Assembly (NCBI RefSeq): GCF_006345805.1
Contig: NC_043004.1
Location: 20,150,001 to 20,214,000, forward strand
Direction: 5' to 3'
Source: Octopus sinensis
Lineage: Eukaryota
DNA: 64,000 bases
The position numbers were made by a program, and so were the translations under genes. Of the stretch, positions 39,073 through 50,281 are shown piece after piece; the stretch's first letter is position 1, and each line of letters begins with the position of its first letter. A model generated the notes under the pieces. It was not told where the DNA came from and searched no databases. It worked only from the letters and a program-made list of their open reading frames with translations.

Positions 39073-41076
39073 GATTAAAACATAATATAAATAGGAGAGA
39101 GGGAGAATATTGTAGTGAATTCTGGGGATGGAATAACAACGGGATGACACTGAAATTAAAGGAGGAATTTAAAATGCATGACAGACAGGAAGCCATGCAT
39201 ACAAGATGGCGAAACAATATAGAGAAACGGGATTTAGGGTTACGAATCAACGCTTAAAAAATGAATATGAATGACAGGTTGTAAGTTAAATTCGCTTAGC
39301 TGGTCATTTTTCGAGTCAGTGTTTTGTCAGCAAGATGTAGAATCGAGAAGAAGGACGAGATAAATCGAACACTGCTTTATAAAGGGTTAGGGATTGGGGG
39401 GGGGGATTATCAGGTGGAAGCATGAGGAAAGAGAGAGGGGGGAAGGAAGAGAGAGAGAGAGAGCTAAGGGACAACATGTTTAATTCGTAAGGAATTTTCT
39501 GCAACAGAAATTACTGAACATCTAGAAACTTCGGGGTTCGAGAAGAATGTAATATAAATAAGAGAGAGAGAAAATATTTCGTAGGGAATTTAGGGTATCT
39601 TTGAACAACAGGTTTTAAGTTAATAATACGTAGGGAATTTTCTGCGACAGAAATTACTGAACATCTAAAACTTTCGGTTTCGAGAAGAATGTAATATAAA
39701 TAAGAGAGAGAGAAAATATTTCGTAGGGAATTTAGGGTATCTTTGAACAACAGGTTTTAAGTTAATACGTAGGGAATTTTCTGCGACAGAAATTACTGAA
39801 CATCTAGAAACTTCGGGGTCGAGAAGAATGTAATATAAATAAGAGAGAGAGAAAATATTTCGTAGGGATTTAGGGTATCTTTGAACAACAGGTTTTAAGT
39901 TAATACGTAGGGAATTTTCTGCGACAGAAATTACTGAACATCTAGAAACTCTTCGGGGTTCGAGAAGAATGTAATATAAATAAGAGAGAGAGAAAATATT
40001 TCGTAGGGAATTTAGGGTATCTTTGAACAACAGGTTTTAAATTAATACGTAGGAATTTTCTGCGACAGAAATTACTGAACATCTAGAAACTTCGGGGTTC
40101 GAGAAGAATGTAATATAAATAAGAGAGAGAGAAAATATTTCGTAGGGAATTTAGGGTATCTTTGAACAACAGGTTTTAAGTTAATACGTAGGGAATTTTC
40201 TGCGACAGAAATTACTGAACATCTAGAAACTTCGGGGTTCGAGAAGAATGTAATATAAATAAGAGAGAGAGAAAATATTTCGTAGGGAATTTAGGGTATC
40301 TTTGAACAACAGGTTTTAAATTAATACGTAGGGATTTTCTGCGACAGAAATTACTGAACATCTAGAAACTTCGGGGTTCGAGAAGAATGTAATATAAATA
40401 AGAGAGAGAGAAAATATTTCGTAGGGAATTTAGGGTATCTTTGAACAACAGGTTTTAAATTAATACGTAGGGAATTTTCTGCGACAGAAATTACTGAACA
40501 TCTAGAAACTTCGGGGTTCGAGAAGAATGTAATATAAATAAGAGAGAGAGAAAATATTTCGTAGGAATTTAGGGTATCTTTGAACAACAGGTTTTAAGTT
40601 AATACGTAGGGAATTTTCTGCGACAGAAATTACTGAACATCTAGAAACTTCGGGGTTCGAGAAGAATGTAATATAAATAAGAGAGAGAGAAAATATTTCG
40701 TAGGGAATTTAGGGTATCTTTGAACAACAGGTTTTAAGTTAATACGTAGGGAATTTTCTGCGACAGAAATTACTGAACATCTAGAAACTTCGGGGTTCGA
40801 TTAAAACATAATATAAATAGGAGAGAGGGAGAATATTGTAGTGAATTCTGGGGATGGAATAACAACGGGATGACACTGAAATTAAAGGAGGAATTTAAAA
40901 TGCATGACAGACAGGAAGCCATGCATACAAGATGGCGAAACAAATAATAGAGAAACGGGATTTAGGGTTACGAATCAACGCTTAAAAAATGAATATGAAT
41001 GACAGGTTGTAAGTTAAATTCGCTTAGCTGGTCATTTTTCGAGTCAGTGTTTTGTCAGCAAGATGTAGAATCGAGA
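39073..41076. repeat. 276-bp direct repeat (39073-39348 and 40801-41076) bracketing the 140-bp array
   Basis: attaaaacataatataaatagg...gatgtagaatcgaga occurs twice, almost identical. Confidence 0.92.
39490..40800. repeat. 140-bp tandem array (~9.4 near-identical copies)
   Basis: catcta(g/a)aaac at 39519, 39662, 39801, 39939, 40080, 40220, 40359, 40499, 40638 and 40778. Confidence 0.95.
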
Positions 41077-41487
41077 GTGTGGTAAAAAGCTTGTCTCCTA
41101 ACCACATGGTTCCGAATTTGGTCACACTACGTGGCACTTTCACAAATCTCTTTTAGCATTGCCTCGGGCCGACCAAGGCCTTGTGAGTGGATTTAATAGA
41201 TGGAAACAGAAAGAAGGCTGTCATAAATATATATATATATATACTCTTTTACTCTTTACTCTTTTACCTGTTTCAGTCATTTGACTGCGGCCATGCTGGA
41301 GCACCGCCTTTAATCGAGCAACTCGACCCCGGGACTTATTCTTTTGTAAGCCCAGTACTTATCCTATCGGTCTCTTTTGCCGAACCGCTAGGTAACGGGG
41401 ACTTATATATATATAAATATAAGTAACCACATGTGAATCGTTGGCGATTTTCTTCTTCCGTCTTACTTTTCTATTAGACTTTCCTCT

Positions 41488-41522
41488 GTTTCTGAAGAAG
41501 AGCTCTGCTCGAAACGTTAAAC
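41488..41522 (+). ncRNA. Minimal hammerhead ribozyme motif with canonical core, in a pseudo-LTR-like unit (41405-41610)
   Basis: gttt CTGAAGA A GAGC tct GCTC GAAAC GTT aaac. Confidence 0.65.
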
Positions 41523-41667
41523 CATCTTTCACTCTCTGAGCGTCTGCTAATACTTTACCACGTTCTCGCGTTGTAGTTTTTTTGTGTGCTTGTCCTTGTT
41601 TTTTTTTGGGGGGGATTTATATATATATATATATATATACATATATTAGATTTATATATATATATAT

Positions 41668-41715
<48 letters not shown>

Positions 41716-41749
41716 CAAATATATATTATACAAATATATATATACATAT

Positions 41750-42865
41750 ATATATATATAAAACTGAGGATGTGTGTCTGTCTGTCTGTCTGTCTGTGTG
41801 TTTTCCCTAAAACTTGAGAACTACACAATTTGAACTTTTTGCCTAGGGCGAGCCCACAGCAATATCATATCTCCTCCTCTACGATTCCCTAAAACTTGAG
41901 AACTACGCAACCAATTCCATTCAAATTTTACACATGCCTTACTTAGGATCCATGTAGTTTCATGGGCAAAACAAATGTTGAACTTCTTGCCTAGAGCGAG
42001 CCCATAGCAATATCATATCTTCTCCACTATTTCAGTATTACGTGTTAAAAGTGAAACAAAAACGCTTCTCTATTTTATGTCAGATACTTTCACTTTAACA
42101 ATAAAAATAACAACAATTGAATTATATGTAGTAAGTTATAATTAAAATCAAACTAAAGTAACATGACAAAAGTAAAAATAGCAATTGGTATAAAATTGTA
42201 TCAATGATTTGAACTTAAATAAGTGGTTTCACATGAATGGGAATACATGAAAAATAAAATTAGCCTGCAGAAATGGAATAGTCCAGATGGATAATAAGAT
42301 ATTAAATTAAAGAAAAGACTATTGTCTATACAGTATACAATGTAGAGAAAAAAGAAGATTTGAACACATGGAGGAAAGCACCTTCGAAAAGTGTCTTGGT
42401 GCGACTATGAAAGGTATTTAATCAGAGGCGGTAAATTCGCCACAATAGAAGCAAGGTTCGAGTCAACGGAGCGTGCAAGGGAGTACTCGACTCGAACTTG
42501 CAAGGTGGAAATATTTTACTATCACCTTTATATCTGGGACGTAGGACGTCCCGGAAAAAAATCTAAAATGACCCCCACCCCACCCAGAAGTAGAGGTAGG
42601 CTGGATTGTAGCCACACTTCTATACAAAAGGGAGGACAAGATACAATTGATCGAAATTACAGGAGACGGGCTAACAATTCCAGTCGGTTATATATTTTGA
42701 GTATTGTTATCACTAGCGATATCAAGATATAACTTTGTATTTTGTATTTTATGTGTAGATGTATGTGTAGATGTATATATGTATACATGTAATATGTACA
42801 CATATATATACACATATATACATGCACTAGCACTATGAACCGGCAACGACGTGTCTTTAATGCTA

Positions 42866-42866
<1 letters not shown>
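41750..42866 (+). mobile_element. Older non-autonomous Helitron
   Basis: tatatataaaactgaggatgtgtgtctgtc 5' region like the other Helitrons; degenerate 3' end ccggcaacgacgtgt...gCTAG|T at 42863-42866. Confidence 0.55.
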
Positions 42867-42924
<58 letters not shown>

Positions 42925-44719
42925 AATATATATATACATATATATACATATATACATATATAAACGTATATACATATATAAACTCAAACTCACACACATA
43001 TATATATGCACACACACACACACACATATATGTATATGTATATATATTAATATATGTATACATACACACACATATATACATGTGTATGTATGTATATATT
43101 TATGTGTGTGTGCCTATATTTCTATTATATCTATGTTTGTTCTTCCATCACCATTTGGCAACCGCTGTTGGTGTGTTTACGTCCCCTGTAACTTAGTGGT
43201 TCGGGAAAAGCTGCCGATAGTACTGGGTCTTAAAAATTAGTCCTGGATTTCTTCGACTAAAACTCAAGGATGTGCTCCGGCATGGCAGCAGTCAAATGAA
43301 TGAAACACGTAAAAGAATAAAAGAATATTCACAAAACACAGAGCAAAAAGAACACAAAACTACAATATTAGATGATGTAGTTTATGTGGAAAAATTACAA
43401 CCCCTAATGAAGTTAGCTATGACTTTGACCGCCTCCTTCGTAACCGAACATTATCTAAAGAGTGTTTATCACATCTGAACGGTGCAATGACAGATTTTGT
43501 AAGAATATGTGAAAAATGTGGTGTGGATTAAGCAATTCTCTATGTGAGAAGGTCTTCAACTGAACAATCTATTAAAAATAGTAGCCAAATCTGTCTGAGA
43601 TCACCTAAGGTCATAGCAAAGTAAATACACATTGGAATAGTTTGTGATGTCCTGGTTGACCTGCTACCAAACGATAACATCAAAACCAGATCAGACAATT
43701 TCTAATATGTTACTCATTTTCATACTTTAATATTTGTCTTTCGGAAATGTTCTTTTATTTAATCTCCTTCTGATTATATGAAACCATTTTTATTTGTACT
43801 ACAATTACACGCCATATGTGTCTCATTTGCCTTTATTCAAAACAAATTGGAAACGGAATTATGGCAGCATCTGAGAGGCGAAAGGAAAATAATTCAATCT
43901 ATTGGACCATCAAACCAAATGTTCGCAGCTTTTGATATTTGTAATTATATAACTACAATAGAAATATCTACCAAGGGGTTTTGCTATATAATAATCATCA
44001 TCATCGAATTTCTTACATAATGCATGATATTGTTGCACAAATGCCGGCATATAATTTTTCCTAATTTATTTGAGATTGGTAATCAGTGTACAGCATCAGT
44101 AAAAGTGTAATAAAGCAAGTCATTTGGCTTCGCTTCTCGTTTGAAATCTCAACTGTGGCTTGTAAATTAATTAACATAACATCTTGCTAAGAAAATGAGA
44201 TATTGAGTTATACTTTAGAATCTAGGATCTAGCCATAAATATTTAACTTCGAACCTATTAAAAAAATCAATATTTTCTTAAACACAATACCATATTGAAA
44301 AGAGTGCACAAAACAAATTTAAATTTCTGCAGATAGTTTTAAATGTTCGTATTTATTTCAATTTATCGACCGTAAATTGTTGTGATCAACTCAATGGAAA
44401 TATGTTTACACTAACATGTCATTGATCCTTATATTTACTTTACAAAATATTCACAATAAGTATACGCAGATCGATATTTAACCATTTCATTGATTTGTTC
44501 CAAATGATTAAAAGAGAACAACATATTGATAAAAACACAACAAATCGAAAAAAACGATTACTATGGTGAATTGCAAAAATGCCGACATTATAAAATAGTG
44601 CAACAACAAAAGGAAAAATTATAATAACAATCATGTCTATCAAAGTGTCGCAGAAATTTTCTGGCTTCTTTTGACGGTTTCTGTAGTGCAGTTATTATTT
44701 AGTTTTCTTTATTTTCTTC

Positions 44720-45110
44720 TTTTGAGAGAACGGTTGCTAGCGTCTAGCTCAAGCTTTCTCTTTCACCAAAACTTGGGACCAGCTGGCATCCTCATTTCAG
44801 TAGCAATAACTAAATGGTCATCAAGCGATTTAGAAAGAGAGAGAAAGAGAGTGAGAGAGATTAGAGGGAGAGATAGAAACTAGAGAGAGTGAAGGGGGGA
44901 TGGGGAGAAGAGACAAACAAATAGACAGACACTCAGACAGCAGTTGCTAGCTTCTTGCATAAGCATTGTATTTTAGCAAGACTTGACACCAGCAACCATT
45001 TTCATTTGCGTAGCAATAACCAAATGGAGATCTGCCGATTTAGAAAGACAGGGAGAGAGAGAGGGGAGGGAGATGGGGGAGAAGAAACAAACAGACAGAC
45101 AGATAGAGAG
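44720..45110. repeat. Diverged ~215-bp tandem duplication
   Basis: gttgctagc...cattt..gtagcaataac.aaatgg...cgatttagaaaga twice. Confidence 0.6.
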
Positions 45111-45990
45111 TCAAACAGAAATTAATTGCAACCAAGTGTTTCCTCTCCATACTTGATAGAAAACGAAAATGGTTTTGTCTCCTTCCATGCAAACTTAAGT
45201 AATTAACAGATTTTAAATTCTCAGTAAATGAATGCAATTCTTTCTGATTTGTGAGCTTCTATATATTAAAGCTCTTTAAATTAGTATATTTATTATCGAA
45301 GGAATGAAATGTTTTTTTTTTATGCGTTTATCCGAATGAAGGAAGATAGTGCAATAAATTAGACACAATATCAATTACTAAAAGCAGCTGTTCACATTCA
45401 AACGCAACTCTCCAATCTCTTCAATTGTGTAATCTGACTTTTTATATTTTATTGTTAGTTTTTATTTATAGGGTACGTAAGCGTAAAATAGATACATCTC
45501 TTTTGTTTCAACTTATATTTGTCGTCACTTTCGTTTCCAGGGTTTGATGTATGGCATGAACTTATTTTATACAGAGCAATTAATCAAGAATGTTAATACG
45601 TAGACAAATTACCTGGGTCACTGTTAATCGAAATTCTTCACCGATGAGGTATTGTTGAGTTGAATAAAGTGTAACACCTAATAAAAATTAACATGGCCTG
45701 GAGCAATACAACCAAAATCAAAGTTTATCTAACGAATGTCAGCTGCGATGTCTGTTTTATGTTTATGTTTGACCCTGGTTTGATTACTCCCCATAATTTA
45801 TCGGTTCTGCAAGTCTGACGATATGTAACTCTTTCTCTGCCTGCCTAACTGTCGGCCAGTTTATCTTGTTTTCTACTTTACTATCTTCCTCTTTTCATAT
45901 TAATGCATCTGACTGTCCGTCTGAATGAGGGACTTCTTCCATCTCTATCAGTTTCTCCAGATACTTAGTTGCATATAGAGATGCACTTAC

Positions 45991-46082
<92 letters not shown>

Positions 46083-46110
46083 TTATCTATCTATCCATAT
46101 ATTATATATA

Positions 46111-46167
<57 letters not shown>

Positions 46168-46211
46168 AATATATATATATATATCTATACAATAATATGT
46201 TACATTACTCG

Positions 46212-46290
46212 ATAGTCAAGATAAAACTCTGAGTTTCAGATTCCGAAGTGGTGGAAATCCACAACACCATCTCTTCGGTTATCTGGCTAT
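46212..46290 (-). ncRNA. Type I hammerhead-like motif downstream of a PLE endonuclease
   Basis: Minus strand: atagccagataa CCGAAGA [34 nt] GAAA ctc a gag TT ttatcttgactat; extended helix I. Confidence 0.55.
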
Positions 46291-46339
46291 TTGAAAACGC
46301 TATGAAAAAATACCGTTATATAAAGGGAAATTACTGTGT

Positions 46340-47250
46340 TATAACTCTGCTTGCCTGCGTACTTATACATCGCTCGCATTTTTCGTCATAAAAATTATAT
46401 AAAAATACATAAAAATATATAAAAAATATATAAAAATATATAAAATCTTCTTGGGACATAACATAGAAAGCATGTTCTATCTGTTTTCTTTAGGGGACCA
46501 AAAACGTAACAGAAATTTAGTCACATATGGGCATGATCCGAAAAGTTCTGTCCTTGTGTTTAGACATGTAGTAAGGTCTAAGCTGCTTTTCCAGATAAGC
46601 CATCTCTCCATGTCGCATAGACCGCACCTTCCGCTGCTGTTGGTATAGGGCTTACATCTGGTCAAAATCTTCCAATGTATGTTATAATCGACACCTTTAT
46701 CTCTTGAAGACCAAATATGATTAGATAATTGTGTCGCTTTTCTTTTGTTCCAGTGCCTAAAGCTCAAAGTGTGGTTATTGAACCTGGCCTTGAGGTTACC
46801 CTCTGTAAGGCCCACCTCGGGTGAGTAAGGGGGCGTAAACCAGATGACCTTCCTATTTCTATTATTCCTTTTCCTTACTGTTGGGCTAGTAATGGGTGTA
46901 TATTTTATTTTTTCGCTAAAACCACTATCTTTTAAAGGTAGCCTTTAATATAGGTAAATATTTCCTAGCACTGATAGATAGACATTTTCCAGTTAACCAT
47001 ACTTATAGGAAACTCTTCAATAGACACAATTTAAAAATTAGTTTTAGTTCCACTACCAATTTTAAAAACATAATCAAACATAACATACAAAAAACACAAC
47101 AAGAAAACAGCTGTTCATGCAGGAATAAAGAATTGTGCCCGCTAAATGGAGCTTGCATGTCCAAGACCATCATATATTAAGCTACCGTAAACTCTATAAC
47201 CACTAAAGACACCGTTTCGACGAAGAAATACGTCGTCCTTGGGCGAGTAG
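46340..47250 (-). pseudogene. Rearranged Penelope-like element linker and GIY-YIG region
   Basis: Minus: LKDSGFSEKIKY...RNRKVIWFTPPYSPE joined to VGLTEGNLKARFNNH...CGLC. Plus strand 46943-47245: VAFNIGKYFLALIDRHFP...CSCRNKELCPLNGAC...IIY.ATV...KKYV. Confidence 0.8.
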
Positions 47251-47379
47251 AGGATAACATATGCTACAGTATGACTGAAAGCTTGGGGTCGCAAGCGGTA
47301 GGGGCAGCAGTGAAATATCTTCATATAATACAACACGGACATTTAAATGGATATGGTTTTTCTCAGGACGTGGTCAGTA

Positions 47380-47880
47380 CTTGTCAGAACAATCTTTTGG
47401 ATTTCTCTGAGACATGGTTCTCCTGGGATCTTATCTAGAAGTTTCTGACGTTACTTTTTTTTATTACATCTAGGGTACCTACAATAACAGGAACAGTGCT
47501 CGCTTTAAGATGCGATATGTTTTTATTTGAAATTCCAGCTCGTTATAGTAACTTGATATTTCAAATTCCTTTACAGATTTATTTTCATCAGTGGGAACAC
47601 TTACATCTATTAGTCTGGAAGTATTTTCTTCTCTGTCTTTAATAATTATGTCTGGTCGATTAGACTGGATCGTTCTGTCAGTGTTGACTGGCAAATCCTA
47701 GAGGATTATCTCGCGGGGATGTTCATACCAGTAACCATCATTGCTGATTTTGTAGTGTTTACATATTTTCCAATGAAAATACTGTCCTACCTTATCGTGG
47801 TGATTTTTTATTCGTTTGGTGTCAGCACATGATATCCTGGGACAAGATGGTCTATTGTTTCGTCAAATGTGTCGCATTAT
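47380..47880 (-). pseudogene. R4/Dong-type non-LTR C-terminal fragment (zinc knuckle + restriction-like endonuclease)
   Basis: ETIDHLV, HDKVGQYFHWKICKHY, NRPDIIIKD...LIDVSVP. Confidence 0.75.
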
Positions 47881-47894
47881 TATCATTATTGAAG

Positions 47895-48990
47895 ACCGCG
47901 AACAAGCAGACTGATTAGCACACCGGGCGAAATACTTAGCGGTATTTCGTCCGTCTTTACTTTCTGGGTTCAAATTCCGCCGAGGTCGACTTTGCCTTGC
48001 CTTTCATCCTTTCGGGGTCGATAAATTAAGTACAAGTTACGCACTGGGGTCGATATAATCGACTTAATCCGTTTGTCTGTCCTAGTTTGTCCCCTCTGTG
48101 TGTAGCCCCTTGTGGGCAGTAAAGAAATAGGTATTTCGTCTGCCGTTACGTTCCTAGTTCAAACTCCGCCGAGGTCGACTTTGTCTTTCATCCTTTCGGG
48201 GCCGATAAATTAAGTACTACTTGCGCATTGGGGTCGATCTAATCCACCAAATTCAGGCCTTGTGCCTATAGTAGAAAAGATTATTATTATTATTATTGTT
48301 GTTGTTGTTGTTGTTATCATTATTATGAAGGCGGTGTGCTGGCAGAATCGTTGGCACCCCGGGCGAAATTCTGAGCGGTATTTCGTCTGCCGCTACATTT
48401 TGAGTTCAAATTCCGCCGAGGTTGTCTTTGCCTTTCATCCTTTCGGGATCGATGAAATAAGTACCAGTTACGCACCGGGTTTGATATAATCGACTACTCC
48501 CTTCCCTCAAAATTTTCAAGGCCTTGTGCCTAGAGTAGAAATAATAATAACTATTATTGCAGCAAGCAGAAAGAATCGTTAGCACACCGAGTAAAATGCT
48601 TAGCAGTATTTCGCCCGTCTTTACGTTCTGATTTTTCAAATGTTGCCGAGGTCGACTTTGCCTTTTATTCTTTCGGGATCGATAAATTAAGTACCAGTAA
48701 AGTGCTGGCGTCAATGTGATCGACTTACCTCCTCCCCACAAGTTTGAGGTTGTGTGACTATTGTAGAAAGGATTATTATCATTGCGGCGAACTAGCAAAA
48801 TCATTATATAACCGGGAAAAGTGCTTAGCGACATTTCGTTGGTCATTGCGTTCTGAGATCTAATTCTGACGAGGTGTACTTTGCTTTTCATCGTTTCGGA
48901 ATTGGTAAAAATAAGTTGAACTTTTGTCTAGATGTAATAGACTAGCTCCACTCCCACCAAATATCAGACAATGTGCCTATAATTGAAACG
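47895..48990 (+). mobile_element. Cluster of 5-6 head-to-tail SINE family A copies
   Basis: Repeated ggcagaatcgttagcac...ttcaaattccgccgaggtcgactttgcctttcatcctttcggggtcgataaattaagtac, separated by (ATT)/(ATA) tails. Confidence 0.8.
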
Positions 48991-50140
48991 ATTATTATTT
49001 TTATGCTGTTTTTGTTAGTGGTAACACTTTTCAACTAGAAGAAACTAAATGAGTCAAACAGTTCAGTATAATTATATTCGTAACTCACACGTTGTCGTTA
49101 ATATTTCATTTTCCCTAACAACAGAAAGTTAGCATCAGTAGTAGACATGACTCTATTCCATCAACTATTTCCTATCTCCTACATACATGTGCGTTTGTAC
49201 TGTAACTACTACTTTTACAATCACTAACGGTTGCTGCTGCCACCACCACTACTAGTAGTAGTTATAGTAATAGCTTTGCAACGGAAGCAGCTGGCGAAAC
49301 ACTAACATCAAGAAAAAAATCTGAATAATACAATGGTTTTCTTCATATACTTTTCTTTTCGTTTCTTGGTTTGTTGTTTTTTTTTTTTTCGCTGCCCATG
49401 TTTCATTAATTCTGTGTCAGGAACTAATGAATCTCTTGGAAGTATTTTTCATTGAATCAAGGACGAATACTTGACAAAAGAAGTGTGATGAAAGGTTGAA
49501 CTGCAATATCAATAGATCGAACAACTTACAAGACACACGGCAGCTCATTTGGTTCCACTAAAAGCAGAATCTCGACTATCCACTCCCTTACCCTCCCTAT
49601 CTTTCTCTCTTTCCCCCTTTCCCTCTTCCCCTCCTCTGATTGTAACATTGGAATTTTCCCAAAACTCTTCGCCATTTCTTCAAATATTAGTTTTCGGTTT
49701 TGTAGAACGGAGTACCAAATTACTTCGTGGTTGGTTTACTTGTGTTTCAGCAATCTTTGTTAATGGTTAGAAATTATTTGTAGTGGTTCATACATAATCA
49801 CTCACCACATCAGAAACACAGACATCAACGAAAACTCATCTGACATACACACAAATTAACGCTCTCATACACGCATACATACAGGCATCCAACCACTCAT
49901 GTATGTACATTTCCTCAAATAGAAAGAGTTTATGGTTAACAGAGAATTTACAAGGTTTGTAGTAGTGCGTGTGTCATTGCTAGATATATGCAGTACAACA
50001 GAAATAGTTGGTTTTATAGTTACTAGATTACAATGGTAGTCCCACATATACACAAACAAATTATCATTTTTGAATGTATTGTAATATATTTACTTGTTAA
50101 TAATAATGTTGCGAAATACCGATGCACAGGTACATGCATA

Positions 50141-50281
<141 letters not shown>

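Larger units (their letters stand above)
34712..41076 (-). mobile_element. RTE-clade LINE with tandem arrays in both UTRs
   Basis: APE and RT fragments 38784-35682; 3' end gtccaacccatgctagcatggagaacggacgttaaacgacgatga; flanks rejoin as a SINE head. Confidence 0.9.

Noticed and set aside
39490-40800. 140-bp array as a CRISPR array or as coding repeats (MFKDTLNS.. ORFs)
   Set aside because: The units are contiguous and near-identical with no unique spacers, the context is eukaryotic with no cas genes, and the ORFs shift frame with homopolymer indels.
39073-41076. 276-bp direct repeats as LTRs of an LTR retrotransposon
   Set aside because: There are no TG..CA ends, PBS or PPT; the interior is a satellite-like array; and the block is contiguous with the RTE 5' region.
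42391-42732. 113-aa plus-strand ORF
   Set aside because: It has no recognisable domain and lies inside a putative Helitron interior.
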